Origin: Deltaproteobacteria bacterium
Lineage (GTDB): Bacteria > Desulfobacterota > Deferrimicrobia > Deferrimicrobiales > Deferrimicrobiaceae
Reading direction: 5' to 3'
Length of the DNA stretch: 64,000 nucleotides
NCBI GenBank assembly: GCA_016220005.1
Contig: JACRIV010000025.1
Location: forward strand, 1,359 to 65,358
Below the pieces are notes generated by a model. It was not told the DNA's origin. It did not search any database and saw only the letters and a list, made by a program, of their open reading frames with translations. This document shows positions 21,086-29,270 of this stretch, piece by piece. Position 1 is the first letter of the stretch, and every line of letters starts with the position of its first letter. Made by a program: the position numbers and the translations under genes.

Positions 21086-21283
21086 ATGGGCAGAACCAAT
21101 GTGGTCCTGGACGATGATCTCGTGAGGGAAGCGAAAAAGATCTCCGGCGAGAAGACGGCGCGCGCGGCGATCGACCTCGCGCTCCGGGAATTCGTCGCCC
21201 GGCGCAAACGCGTCGGCATCCTGGCCTGGGAAGGGAAGTTCCGCTGGGAGGGTGATCTCGACCGCCTGCGCCGGGCACGATGA
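21086..21283 (+). CDS. vapB: Type II antitoxin VapB
   Basis: 65 aa (MGRTNVVLDDDLVREAKKI...). The stop overlaps the start of the downstream PIN gene. SD AGGAGG. Confidence 0.7.
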   Translation: MGRTNVVLDDDLVREAKKISGEKTARAAIDLALREFVARRKRVGILAWEGKFRWEGDLDRLRRAR

Positions 21284-21687
21284 TCCTGCTCGTCGACACG
21301 AGCGTCTGGATCGATTTCTTCGCGGGACGTAATACGCAGCAGGTTTCGATTTTCAAGAAGGCCGTCCGGGAGGGAGCGGACCTTGCCCTCACCCGGTTGA
21401 TCCTTGCCGAGATCCTCCAGGGGGTTCCGTCGGATCCCGAGTTCGCCCGCCTCCGTGGGGCTCTCTCGTCCTTCAGGGTCCTGCTTCCCGAATCCGAGGA
21501 AACCTTCGTCAAAGCGGCATCGCTTTACCGGACGGGTCGAAAACGGGGCGTCACGATCCGGAGCCTTATCGACTGCGTGATCGCCGCCATCGCCATGGAG
21601 CACGAGGCGGTCGTGCTGCACCGGGACCGGGATTACGACCGGATCGCCACGTTCGCTCCGTTGAAGGTCGTGACCGCGCTCGCCTGA
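21280..21687 (+). CDS. vapC: Type II toxin VapC (PIN-domain ribonuclease)
   Basis: 135 aa. PIN acidic residues are present (ILLVDTSVWIDFF..., ...LIDCVIAAIA...HRDRDYD). Confidence 0.85.
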   Translation: MILLVDTSVWIDFFAGRNTQQVSIFKKAVREGADLALTRLILAEILQGVPSDPEFARLRGALSSFRVLLPESEETFVKAASLYRTGRKRGVTIRSLIDCVIAAIAMEHEAVVLHRDRDYDRIATFAPLKVVTALA

Positions 21688-21916
21688 CCGGTCTGGCGCC
21701 CGGCCGCGTGTCGCTTGACCGGCACGGGATGGCCCAGTGCGTGGATCAACTTCTCTTTGAAATTGCCCTTTCTCGAATGTGTAACCCATCTGTTACCATC
21801 GCGGCGGGAGAATCACGCCACAGGGGGAACCACGCCCTGTCCCTTTCCTTGATATTTCCGTGGTCAGCGGTATCATATATACAGTGATTGGAAATGATAT
21901 ATATACGGAGGCGGTC

Positions 21917-22111
21917 ATGGGGACTGTGGTCAAGATGACGTCGATCCGGCTGGACACCCGCCTTGCGGACAAGGCGGTGAAGGCTCTCGGCGTGAAGAGC
22001 CGCACGGAGGCCGTCCACATCGCGTTGCGGGAGATCATCGCCCTGAACGACTTCAGGAAACTGATGGCCGACCGCGCCGGGAAACTCCGGTTCGAGGGCC
22101 ATGGGAAATAG
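21917..22111 (+). CDS. Type II antitoxin (VapB-like, ribbon-helix-helix)
   Basis: 64 aa (MGTVVKMTSIRLDTRLADKAVKALGVKSRTEAVHIALREII). It overlaps the downstream PIN gene by 11 nt. A TTGATA..TATCAT promoter-like element lies about 45-70 nt upstream. Confidence 0.65.
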   Translation: MGTVVKMTSIRLDTRLADKAVKALGVKSRTEAVHIALREIIALNDFRKLMADRAGKLRFEGHGK

Positions 22112-22511
22112 AATCATCCTCTTCGACACGTCGGTCTTCATCGACCACCTGCGGACCGGGCGGCATCAGGAGCGGATTGCCACGGTCACCGGGAGGATCC
22201 GCCATTCCACCGTCGTTCTCGCGGAGCTGTTGAGGGGGGCGAAAAAACCGGCCGAGCGGGATTTCGTGGAGGCGCTGGCCCGCAATTCGCTTCTCCTGAC
22301 GCCCTCTGAAGGCGCTTGGCTCGAATCGGGAAGATTGCTGACCCGGTTGTCCGCAGAAAAGGGTTTCTCCCCGGAAAAGTTGCGAGACTTGCATTTCGAC
22401 GTCTTGATCGTCCTCACCGCGCTGAGCCACGGCGCGACCGTGATCTCTTCCAACCGGACGGACTTCGAGATGATCCGCCGATACAAGCGGTTCGAACTCG
22501 AAATATGGTGA
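22101..22511 (+). CDS. vapC: Type II toxin VapC (PIN domain)
   Basis: 136 aa (MGNRIILFDTSVFIDHL ... VLIVLTALSHGATVISSNRTDFEMI), a PIN fold signature. Confidence 0.85.
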   Translation: MGNRIILFDTSVFIDHLRTGRHQERIATVTGRIRHSTVVLAELLRGAKKPAERDFVEALARNSLLLTPSEGAWLESGRLLTRLSAEKGFSPEKLRDLHFDVLIVLTALSHGATVISSNRTDFEMIRRYKRFELEIW

Positions 22512-22567
22512 CGCCGACTCCCTCCGCTCGTACATCGTGTACTTGCCAAGGAGAAAAGGAAGCAGGG

Positions 22568-22597
22568 TTGACCTCGCGCCGGACAAAGTGATATGTT
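22568..22597 (+). promoter_or_regulatory. Sigma70-like promoter: TTGACC, 18-nt spacer, extended -10 TGaTATGTT
   Basis: Read directly from sequence. It lies 60-90 nt upstream of an intrinsic terminator with no plausible ORF between them; the only ORF is a 4-codon ATG GAG TTC GCC TAA. Confidence 0.35.
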
Positions 22598-22659
22598 TTG
22601 TTTCGATCAAGGGGCGATGGAGTTCGCCTAAAAACCGCCTGTCTTACCGGACGGCTAAT

Positions 22660-22698
22660 GACTCCTGCGATGACGACACGTCGCAGGAGTTTTTTTTT
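22660..22698 (+). terminator. Rho-independent terminator
   Basis: 10-bp perfect stem ACTCCTGCGA / TCGCAGGAGT with a 10-nt loop, followed by a run of 9 T. Confidence 0.6.
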
Positions 22699-22757
22699 CG
22701 ACGGCCAAGGCGGGAGCCATGGACGACGGGAACGGCCGCGACGAGGGAGGAAAAAAG

Positions 22758-23474
22758 ATGAACGAAACAGCTTTAGCTCTGGGGATGGCGGCGCTGATCT
22801 TCGTGGAAGGGAATGTCTATACCATCGTCTTCGTTCTTGTCTCGGCGACGCTGATCTGGCTGGGTCCCCGGTTCATCCCGTCCCTTTTCAAGCGCTTCGG
22901 GAACAGGGTGATCGAGCCGGAGGTCAAGTTCCTGTTCCTCCTCCTGTTCGTCTTCATGTACATCGCGAAGCTGGGCAAGAGCCACGCCGTCCTTCCGGTG
23001 TTTGTCTTCGGCCTGGCTCTGTCCCGCTACTTCCGCGGAAATCGGGACCTGCAGCGCAAGATCCGGGTCATCGGGTTTGCGATGGTCACCCCTTTCTTCT
23101 TCATCAAGGGCGGGATGAACGTGAACCTCCACGACCTCGCCGCGAACATGGGGATTCTCGGGGCCCTTTTCGCGGTGAAGATGGTGGCCAAGATCGCCGG
23201 TGTCTATCCCCTGGCCCGGAAATATGCCCCGGAGGATGCCTCCTACACGACGCTCCTGATGAGCACGGGGCTGACGTTCGGCACGATCTCCTCGATGTAC
23301 GGCCTGTCGGCGGGATACATCAACCAGACCCAGTTCTCCCTGCTGGTGGCGACCGTGATTCTGACCGCGGTGGTGCCGACGTTCATCGCCCAGCGCTGGT
23401 TCGAGCCGGAACCACCCGACGCGACGTATATCCTCGAGGCGATCCCGGAGAGAGTGCATAAGGAGAAAAGATGA
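22758..23474 (+). CDS. Half-size cation/proton antiporter (CPA) family membrane protein
   Basis: 238 aa with 6-7 TM helices, resembling the C-terminal half of Na+/H+ or K+/H+ exchangers. Strong SD GGGAGGAAAAAAG. The stop overlaps the uspA start. Confidence 0.55.
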   Translation: MNETALALGMAALIFVEGNVYTIVFVLVSATLIWLGPRFIPSLFKRFGNRVIEPEVKFLFLLLFVFMYIAKLGKSHAVLPVFVFGLALSRYFRGNRDLQRKIRVIGFAMVTPFFFIKGGMNVNLHDLAANMGILGALFAVKMVAKIAGVYPLARKYAPEDASYTTLLMSTGLTFGTISSMYGLSAGYINQTQFSLLVATVILTAVVPTFIAQRWFEPEPPDATYILEAIPERVHKEKR

Positions 23475-23896
23475 TGTTCACGAAGATCCTGGTTGCCCAC
23501 GACGGTTCCGAGCACGGCTGGAAAGCGCTCTCCGTCGGGTTGTCCGTCGCCGCGAAATTTCGGGGGGCGGTCCACTGCGTATCGGTCAAGGAGAAGCTCC
23601 CGGTCTATGCGGCGACCGTCGGCGAGGTCATGGAAGCAAGCGGCGAGATGAAGGCGTTCTTCGACGAGCTCACGGCACGGGCCAACGCGGAAGCGGAGAA
23701 GGCCGGGGTGTCTCTCACCGTCAAGATCCTTTCGGGACACGAGGTCCAGACGATCATCGAGTACGCGAAATCCGGGAAATTCGACCTGATGATCATCGGT
23801 TTCATGGGTCTCTCCAGCCTTTACGACAGGATCTGGGGGAGCACCTCCCAGAACCTCACGAGGTTGTCTCCATGCACGGTGATGATCGTGAAGTAG
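23471..23896 (+). CDS. uspA: Universal stress protein (UspA family)
   Basis: 141 aa (KILVAHDGSEHGWKAL ... MIIGFMGLSSLYDRIWGSTSQNLTRLSPCTVMIVK), an Usp ATP-binding fold. Confidence 0.85.
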   Translation: MMFTKILVAHDGSEHGWKALSVGLSVAAKFRGAVHCVSVKEKLPVYAATVGEVMEASGEMKAFFDELTARANAEAEKAGVSLTVKILSGHEVQTIIEYAKSGKFDLMIIGFMGLSSLYDRIWGSTSQNLTRLSPCTVMIVK

Positions 23897-23909
23897 GAGG
23901 GCCGGCCGG

Positions 23910-25577
23910 ATGGATTCCGCGGATTTGAGGACGGATGCCACGGATTCCCGGCAGGCGGTCATCCTGCGCCTTGAACGGATCTGCCGGGAGTTCCACGTGG
24001 ATTCCCTTTTCCCCCAGCTCAAGGCCGGGGAGGAGGTTCTTCGGGAGCACGGCGTGGTGGACGTCGCCGTCCTCGGCCAGTTCAAGGCCGGCAAGAGTTC
24101 GTTCCTGAACGGCCTCATCGGGAGGGACGTGCTGCCCGTCAACGTCCTTCCCGCCACTGCGGTGATCACGCGGATCGGACATGGCCCGGCGGAGCGGGCG
24201 CTCGTACGGTACCTGTCGGGTCGCGTGGAAGAGATCCCGCTTGCCGACCTTCCCGAATTCGTGACGGAGCAGCGAAATCCCGGAAACGTCAAGGAAGTGT
24301 CGATCGTGGACGTGGAGCTCCCGGCCCTTGAGGGATTCCGGGGGATGCGGTTCGTGGACACCCCGGGACTGGGGAGCGTCTTCGCCCACAACACGAAGGT
24401 CTCCATGGATTGGCTCCCCAGAGTCGGGGGGGCGCTCGTCGCCGTGAGCGTCAACCATCCTCTCTCCGAACAGGACCTGAATCTGCTCGTGGAGGTGTTC
24501 CGGCACACCCCCGAGACGGCGATCCTGCTCACGAAGGCCGACCTCGTGTCTGCAGGCCAGCTCCAGGCGGTCGTGGAGTTCACGAAGCAGCAGGTCGTCC
24601 GGCACACGGAGAAGAACGTGCCGATCCTGGCGTTCTCCAACCGCCCCGGCTTCGATCCCCTGCGGGGCGCGGTCGGAGAACACCTGTCCCGACGGATCGT
24701 CCAGCGCCGCGAGGAGACGTTCGAGGAGATCGTCACCCACAAGATCCGGTTCCTCATCGGCGGTTGCCGGCAGTACCTGGCGCTGGCGCGGCATGCCGCC
24801 GAAGCCGCGGGGAAGGCGCGGGAGGAGCTTCGGGAGGTCCTGACACACGAAGACCGGGACTTGGGCTCCGTGAAAAGCGAAATCGGGCTGCAGGTCCGCG
24901 ACCTGGAATCGCGCGTCCGGACGGCCGCCGGCGAGCAGTTCCACTCCTACCATCGGGAAATCCGGGAACGGATGGATCGCCGGCTCCGGGAGGTCGGGGA
25001 GGAGTGGACGGGGAACCTGGCGAAAGTCACAGGGAAGTTCCGGGAATGGCTGCTTGAAGCCCTCGATGAGGAACTCGCGGAGGTCTCATTCCATGGGGAA
25101 ACGCACCTGGCTGGCTTTCTCGTCACGGCCCAGTCCAGCTTCCAGCGGACGGTCCGGGCATTCCAGGACCGGCTGGCCAAGGAGATCGAGCGCGCCCTCG
25201 GGATCTCGTTCACGGGGGCACAGTTCCACGCGGAGATCGAGGAGCCGGCGCGACCGGACGTCCGGGTGGGGAAGACCTTCGACACCCAGATCGATCTGCT
25301 CTGGTTCCTCATCCCGATGAGCGTCTTCCGTCCCCTCGTGTTCCGCCAGTTCCGGAAACAGATCGTCTGGGAGGTGGAGAAGAACCTCTCCCGGCTGGCC
25401 TCCCAATGGGCCGATGCCGTGAACCGGTCGATCGGCGACCTGGCGCGCCAGGCCCTTGCGTTCATGCAGAACGAGCTCGCCACGATCCATGGCCTTGTCG
25501 AAGGGGCGGGGGACCGGCGGGACAAGATCGGGAAAGCCCTGGCCGAGCTGGACCGCCTCGAGGCCGCCCTCTCCTAG
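23910..25577 (+). CDS. Bacterial dynamin-like GTPase
   Basis: 555 aa. G1 GQFKAGKSSFLNGLIG, G3 DTPGLGS, G4 TKADL, followed by a long helical stalk region. Confidence 0.8.
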   Translation: MDSADLRTDATDSRQAVILRLERICREFHVDSLFPQLKAGEEVLREHGVVDVAVLGQFKAGKSSFLNGLIGRDVLPVNVLPATAVITRIGHGPAERALVRYLSGRVEEIPLADLPEFVTEQRNPGNVKEVSIVDVELPALEGFRGMRFVDTPGLGSVFAHNTKVSMDWLPRVGGALVAVSVNHPLSEQDLNLLVEVFRHTPETAILLTKADLVSAGQLQAVVEFTKQQVVRHTEKNVPILAFSNRPGFDPLRGAVGEHLSRRIVQRREETFEEIVTHKIRFLIGGCRQYLALARHAAEAAGKAREELREVLTHEDRDLGSVKSEIGLQVRDLESRVRTAAGEQFHSYHREIRERMDRRLREVGEEWTGNLAKVTGKFREWLLEALDEELAEVSFHGETHLAGFLVTAQSSFQRTVRAFQDRLAKEIERALGISFTGAQFHAEIEEPARPDVRVGKTFDTQIDLLWFLIPMSVFRPLVFRQFRKQIVWEVEKNLSRLASQWADAVNRSIGDLARQALAFMQNELATIHGLVEGAGDRRDKIGKALAELDRLEAALS

Positions 25578-25736
25578 GTGCACTAGGTACGCGAACGAAT
25601 ATACACGGTCACGTGTCCTGTGCAGCAGGCGCTTCGCCTCCGGGGCTGCGCCGCGGGCTGTACCACGCCGGCCGGGCCGGACTTCCGTCTCCCTGTGGTA
25701 TGATTTCCCCATTCCATCTCCCCTGAAGGAGAAACG

Positions 25737-27179
25737 ATGGCGTTCCGGGACTTGCGGGAGTTTCTGTCCGCCCTTTCGGCCCGCGGGGAGCTCAAGCGGA
25801 TCACGGCCCCGGTATCGGCCGGACTGGAGGCGGCCGAGATCGCCGACCGGGCGGTGAAAGCGGGCGGCCCGGCCCTTCTTTTCGAGAACGTCCGGGGGAG
25901 CGAGGTGCCGCTCGCCATGAACCTCTTCGGTACGATGGGCCGGATGTGCCTGGCTCTCGGCGTTTCCTCCCTGGACGAGATCGGGGAGCGGGTGAGGGAG
26001 GTGATCGAGCCGGAGATCCCCACGAACCTCCTCGAGAAGCTCAAGATGCTCCCAAAGCTGGCGCGGCTGGCCGACTTCGTCCCGAAGACGGTGTCTTCCG
26101 CCCCGTGCCAGGAAATCGTGGAGGAGAATCGGCCGTCCCTTTCCTTCCTGCCGGTGGTTACGACCTGGCCGGGGGACGGCGGCCCGTTCATCACGCTTCC
26201 GCTCGTCTTCACGAAGGACCCCGAGACCGGCCGGCGGAACGTGGGGATGTACCGGATGCACGTCTACGACGAGACGACGACGGGGATGCACTGGCACCTC
26301 CACAAGGGCGGGGCGCAGCACTACCGGGGGTTCCGAAAGAAACGCGAGCGGATGCCGGTGGCGGTCGCGCTCGGCGGCGATCCGGCCACGATCTACGCGG
26401 CGACGGCGCCGGTTCCGGAGGACGTGGACGAGATGATGTTTGCGGGCTTTCTGCGCAAGGAACCGGTGGAGCTTGTCCGCTGCAGGACCTGCGACATAGA
26501 GGTGCCCGCCCACGCCGAGGTGATCCTGGAAGGGTACGTCGACCCCGACGAGCTGCGCACGGAGGGACCGTTCGGGGACCACACGGGGTATTACTCGCTG
26601 GCCGACAAGTACCCCGTCTTCCACCTCACCTGCGTCACCCGCCGGAAGAGCCCGATCTACCCGGCGACGATCGTGGGCAAGCCGCCGATGGAGGACGTCT
26701 ACCTCGGGAAGGCGACGGAGCGGATCTTCCTCCCGCTCCTGCAGAAGATCGTCCCGGAAGTGGTCGACATGAACCTGCCGATCGAGGGGATCTTCCACAA
26801 CTTCGCCTTCTTCGCGATCGACAAGCGCTATCCGGGCCACGCCCGGAAGGTCATGAGCGCGGTGTGGGGGCTGGGACTGCTCATGTTCTCGAAGTTCGTC
26901 GCCGTCTTCGACGCCGACGTCGACATCCAGGACCTCTCCGAGGTGCTCTGGCGGATCGGGAACAACGTGGACCCCCGGCGCGACGTCATGATCGTGGAGG
27001 GGCCGGTGGACGCCCTCGAGCATGCCTCGCCCATCCCCCACTACGGGTCGAAGATGGGGATCGACGCGACGCGGAAGTGGGCCTCCGAGGGGTTCGGGCG
27101 GGAGTGGCCCGAGGACATCCGGATGGCGGAAGAGGTCGTCGCGCTCGTCAATCGCCGCTGGAAGGAGTACGGGTTCTAG
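25737..27179 (+). CDS. ubiD: UbiD-family prenylated-FMN-dependent aromatic decarboxylase, quinone (menaquinone or ubiquinone) biosynthesis
   Basis: 480 aa with UbiD-family sequence features throughout. Adjacent to ubiA-like and ubiX genes. Confidence 0.85.
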   Translation: MAFRDLREFLSALSARGELKRITAPVSAGLEAAEIADRAVKAGGPALLFENVRGSEVPLAMNLFGTMGRMCLALGVSSLDEIGERVREVIEPEIPTNLLEKLKMLPKLARLADFVPKTVSSAPCQEIVEENRPSLSFLPVVTTWPGDGGPFITLPLVFTKDPETGRRNVGMYRMHVYDETTTGMHWHLHKGGAQHYRGFRKKRERMPVAVALGGDPATIYAATAPVPEDVDEMMFAGFLRKEPVELVRCRTCDIEVPAHAEVILEGYVDPDELRTEGPFGDHTGYYSLADKYPVFHLTCVTRRKSPIYPATIVGKPPMEDVYLGKATERIFLPLLQKIVPEVVDMNLPIEGIFHNFAFFAIDKRYPGHARKVMSAVWGLGLLMFSKFVAVFDADVDIQDLSEVLWRIGNNVDPRRDVMIVEGPVDALEHASPIPHYGSKMGIDATRKWASEGFGREWPEDIRMAEEVVALVNRRWKEYGF

Positions 27180-28031
27180 ATGTTGGGGCGGGTCGGGGTC
27201 TACCTCGAGATGATCAAGGTGGCGCACACCGTATTTGCGCTGCCGTTCGCCCTGATGGGGGCGTTCCTTGCCGCCGGGGGGATGCCGCAGGGCAAGACGC
27301 TCTTCTACATCGTTCTCGCGATGATCGGCGGCCGCAGCGCCGCGATGGGGTTCAACCGCGTGGCCGACGCCGAGATCGACGCGAGGAACCCCCGGACGAA
27401 GGGCCGGGCCATCCCGGCCGGGCAGGTGAGCAAGCCGATGGCGGCGGTGTTCATCTTCCTGTCGGTCGTGCTCCTCGTGCTCTCGGCCGCGAAGCTCAAC
27501 CCCCTGTGCCTCAAGCTCTCCCCGGTCCTGCTGGTTCTTCTGTTCTTCTACTCCTACACGAAACGCTTCACCTGGGCGTCCCACGTGGTCCTGGGGCTGT
27601 GCCTGGGGGCGGCGCCGATGGCCGCCTGGATCGCCGTCACCGGGTCGTTCGATCCGAGGATCCTCGCCGTATCCTTTGCCGTAGTGTCCTGGGTGGCCGG
27701 GTTCGACGTCCTCTACGCCCTCCAGGACATCGAGTTCGACCGGAGAGAGGCGCTGCATTCCATCCCCCGCTTCCTGGGCGTGAGGAAATCGCTGTGGGTG
27801 GCGCGGTCGTTCCACTTGGTCATGGCAGGGCTGCTCCTGCTGGGATATCATATTTTCAGGCTCGGGGGGTGGTACCTGGCCGGTTTGGGAGTGTGCGTCG
27901 CGGTGCTCGTCTACGAGCATGCGATCCTCTCGGAAGACGACCTGTCGAGGCTTTCCGTGGCGTTCTTCAACCTCAACGGGGTCGTGAGCATCGCGCTTTG
28001 CCTGTTCACCTACTTCGACCTGGCGCTATGA
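27180..28031 (+). CDS. ubiA: UbiA-family aromatic prenyltransferase (4-hydroxybenzoate polyprenyltransferase-like)
   Basis: 283 aa, 8-9 TM helices. Asp-rich motifs NRVADAEIDARNPRT and GFDVLYALQDIEFDR. Confidence 0.85.
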   Translation: MLGRVGVYLEMIKVAHTVFALPFALMGAFLAAGGMPQGKTLFYIVLAMIGGRSAAMGFNRVADAEIDARNPRTKGRAIPAGQVSKPMAAVFIFLSVVLLVLSAAKLNPLCLKLSPVLLVLLFFYSYTKRFTWASHVVLGLCLGAAPMAAWIAVTGSFDPRILAVSFAVVSWVAGFDVLYALQDIEFDRREALHSIPRFLGVRKSLWVARSFHLVMAGLLLLGYHIFRLGGWYLAGLGVCVAVLVYEHAILSEDDLSRLSVAFFNLNGVVSIALCLFTYFDLAL

Positions 28032-28063
28032 CCCGCCTTCGCCACAGGATGAAGGGGACTCGC

Positions 28064-28738
28064 ATGAAAATCCTCCTCGGCATATCGGGAGCCAGCGGCG
28101 CGATCTACGGGGTCCGCGCCGCCAGGGAGATCCTGTCCTCCGGGGCGGAGCTGCACCTCCTGGTGACGAAGACGGCGTGGGAGATCATGGCGGCGGAGCT
28201 GCCGGGGGCCCCGCCTCCGGCTTCTCTCCCGGCCAGGAAGCGGTGGATCGCGGCGCTCCTCTCGGCGCCGCCGGGAGCGTGCCGTCTTTACGCCGAAGAC
28301 GATTTCCGGATCCCTTTCGCCTCCGGGTCCAACTCCCCGGACGCGGTGGTCATCGCCCCCTGCTCGATGGGGATGCTCGGCCGGATCGCCCACGGCGTCT
28401 CCTCCTCGGTGCTCGAGCGGTGCGCCGACGTGGCGCTCAAGGAGCGCAGGCCGCTCCTGCTCGTCCCGCGCGAGACGCCGCTCTCCTCCATCCACCTGGA
28501 GAACATGCTGGCGCTGTCCCGCGCCGGGGCGGAGATCTTCCCCGCCTGCCCGGGGTTCTACCACCACCCCGGGTCGGTCGAGGAGATGGTCGATTTCGTG
28601 GTTTCCCGCGTACTCACCCGGGTGGGGATCGACACGGCTCTCCGCCCACGATGGGGCGAGGCCGCGGGAAGGGAAGAAAAGGGATCCAAAAGGGGAGAGC
28701 GGAGCCGGCAAGCCCGCATTTCTCGCCGGGATTCGTAG
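28064..28738 (+). CDS. ubiX: Flavin prenyltransferase UbiX (Pad1 family)
   Basis: Internal ATG of the spurious 930-aa track ORF 25946-28738; an alternative start is ATG 28028. MKILLGISGASGAIYG..., a flavoprotein fold. Confidence 0.85.
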   Translation: MKILLGISGASGAIYGVRAAREILSSGAELHLLVTKTAWEIMAAELPGAPPPASLPARKRWIAALLSAPPGACRLYAEDDFRIPFASGSNSPDAVVIAPCSMGMLGRIAHGVSSSVLERCADVALKERRPLLLVPRETPLSSIHLENMLALSRAGAEIFPACPGFYHHPGSVEEMVDFVVSRVLTRVGIDTALRPRWGEAAGREEKGSKRGERSRQARISRRDS

Positions 28739-28751
28739 CGAGGCGGTGGAG

Positions 28752-28849
28752 ACGGGCATGGATACAAGGCGCGCGACCGAGGGCCCCGGAGGCGTAGTTT
28801 AAACTACGTCGAGGAGCCCGACCGAGCGCAACGCAGTAGACATGCCCGT
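28752..28849. repeat. Symmetric element: 16-bp perfect palindrome CGTAGTTTAAACTACG (28793-28808) centred between 9-bp inverted repeats ACGGGCATG (28752-28760) and CATGCCCGT (28841-28849)
   Basis: Read directly from sequence. All three elements share the same centre of symmetry (28800/28801). The right arm overlaps the ATG of the spurious upstream ORF. It lies 68 nt upstream of the response-regulator gene start. Confidence 0.5.
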
Positions 28850-28916
28850 ATCCGCCGCCGTAGCAGAAGCCTGGCGAGAAATGCGGGCTAAGGCCGGCGA
28901 AGCGGGAGGTCATCCG

Positions 28917-29270
28917 ATGAAGAAGATCCTGATTGTGGACGACGAGGAGAATATCCGGGAGCTTTACCGCGACGAGCTGACCGAGCTGGGGTACAAGGTG
29001 GAGCTGGCCGAGGACGGCCTCCAGGCGCTGGAAAAGGTCGAGTCGTTCCGTCCCGACCTCGTGACGCTCGACGTGATGATGCCCGGGATGGACGGGATCG
29101 AGGTGCTGCGGCGGATCCGCCAGAAGCACCCGGCGATCCCCGTCCTGCTCCTTACGGCTTTCGGCGAGTTCAAGCAGGATTTCAACACCTGGGCTTCGGA
29201 AGCCTACATAGTGAAATCGGCCGACGTCAGGGAGCTCAAGGAAACGGTGCGTCGGCTTCTGGGGAAGTGA
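28917..29270 (+). CDS. Stand-alone response regulator receiver (CheY-like)
   Basis: 117 aa (MKKILIVDDEENIRELY...DLVTLDVMMPGMDG...). SD GGGAGG. Confidence 0.8.
   Translation: MKKILIVDDEENIRELYRDELTELGYKVELAEDGLQALEKVESFRPDLVTLDVMMPGMDGIEVLRRIRQKHPAIPVLLLTAFGEFKQDFNTWASEAYIVKSADVRELKETVRRLLGK

Noticed and set aside
25086-28063. Giant ORFs 25086-27920(-) 944 aa and 25946-28738(+) 930 aa overlapping ubiD/ubiA.
   Set aside because: GC artefacts. The real genes are ubiD, ubiA and, at the 3-prime end of the + ORF, ubiX.
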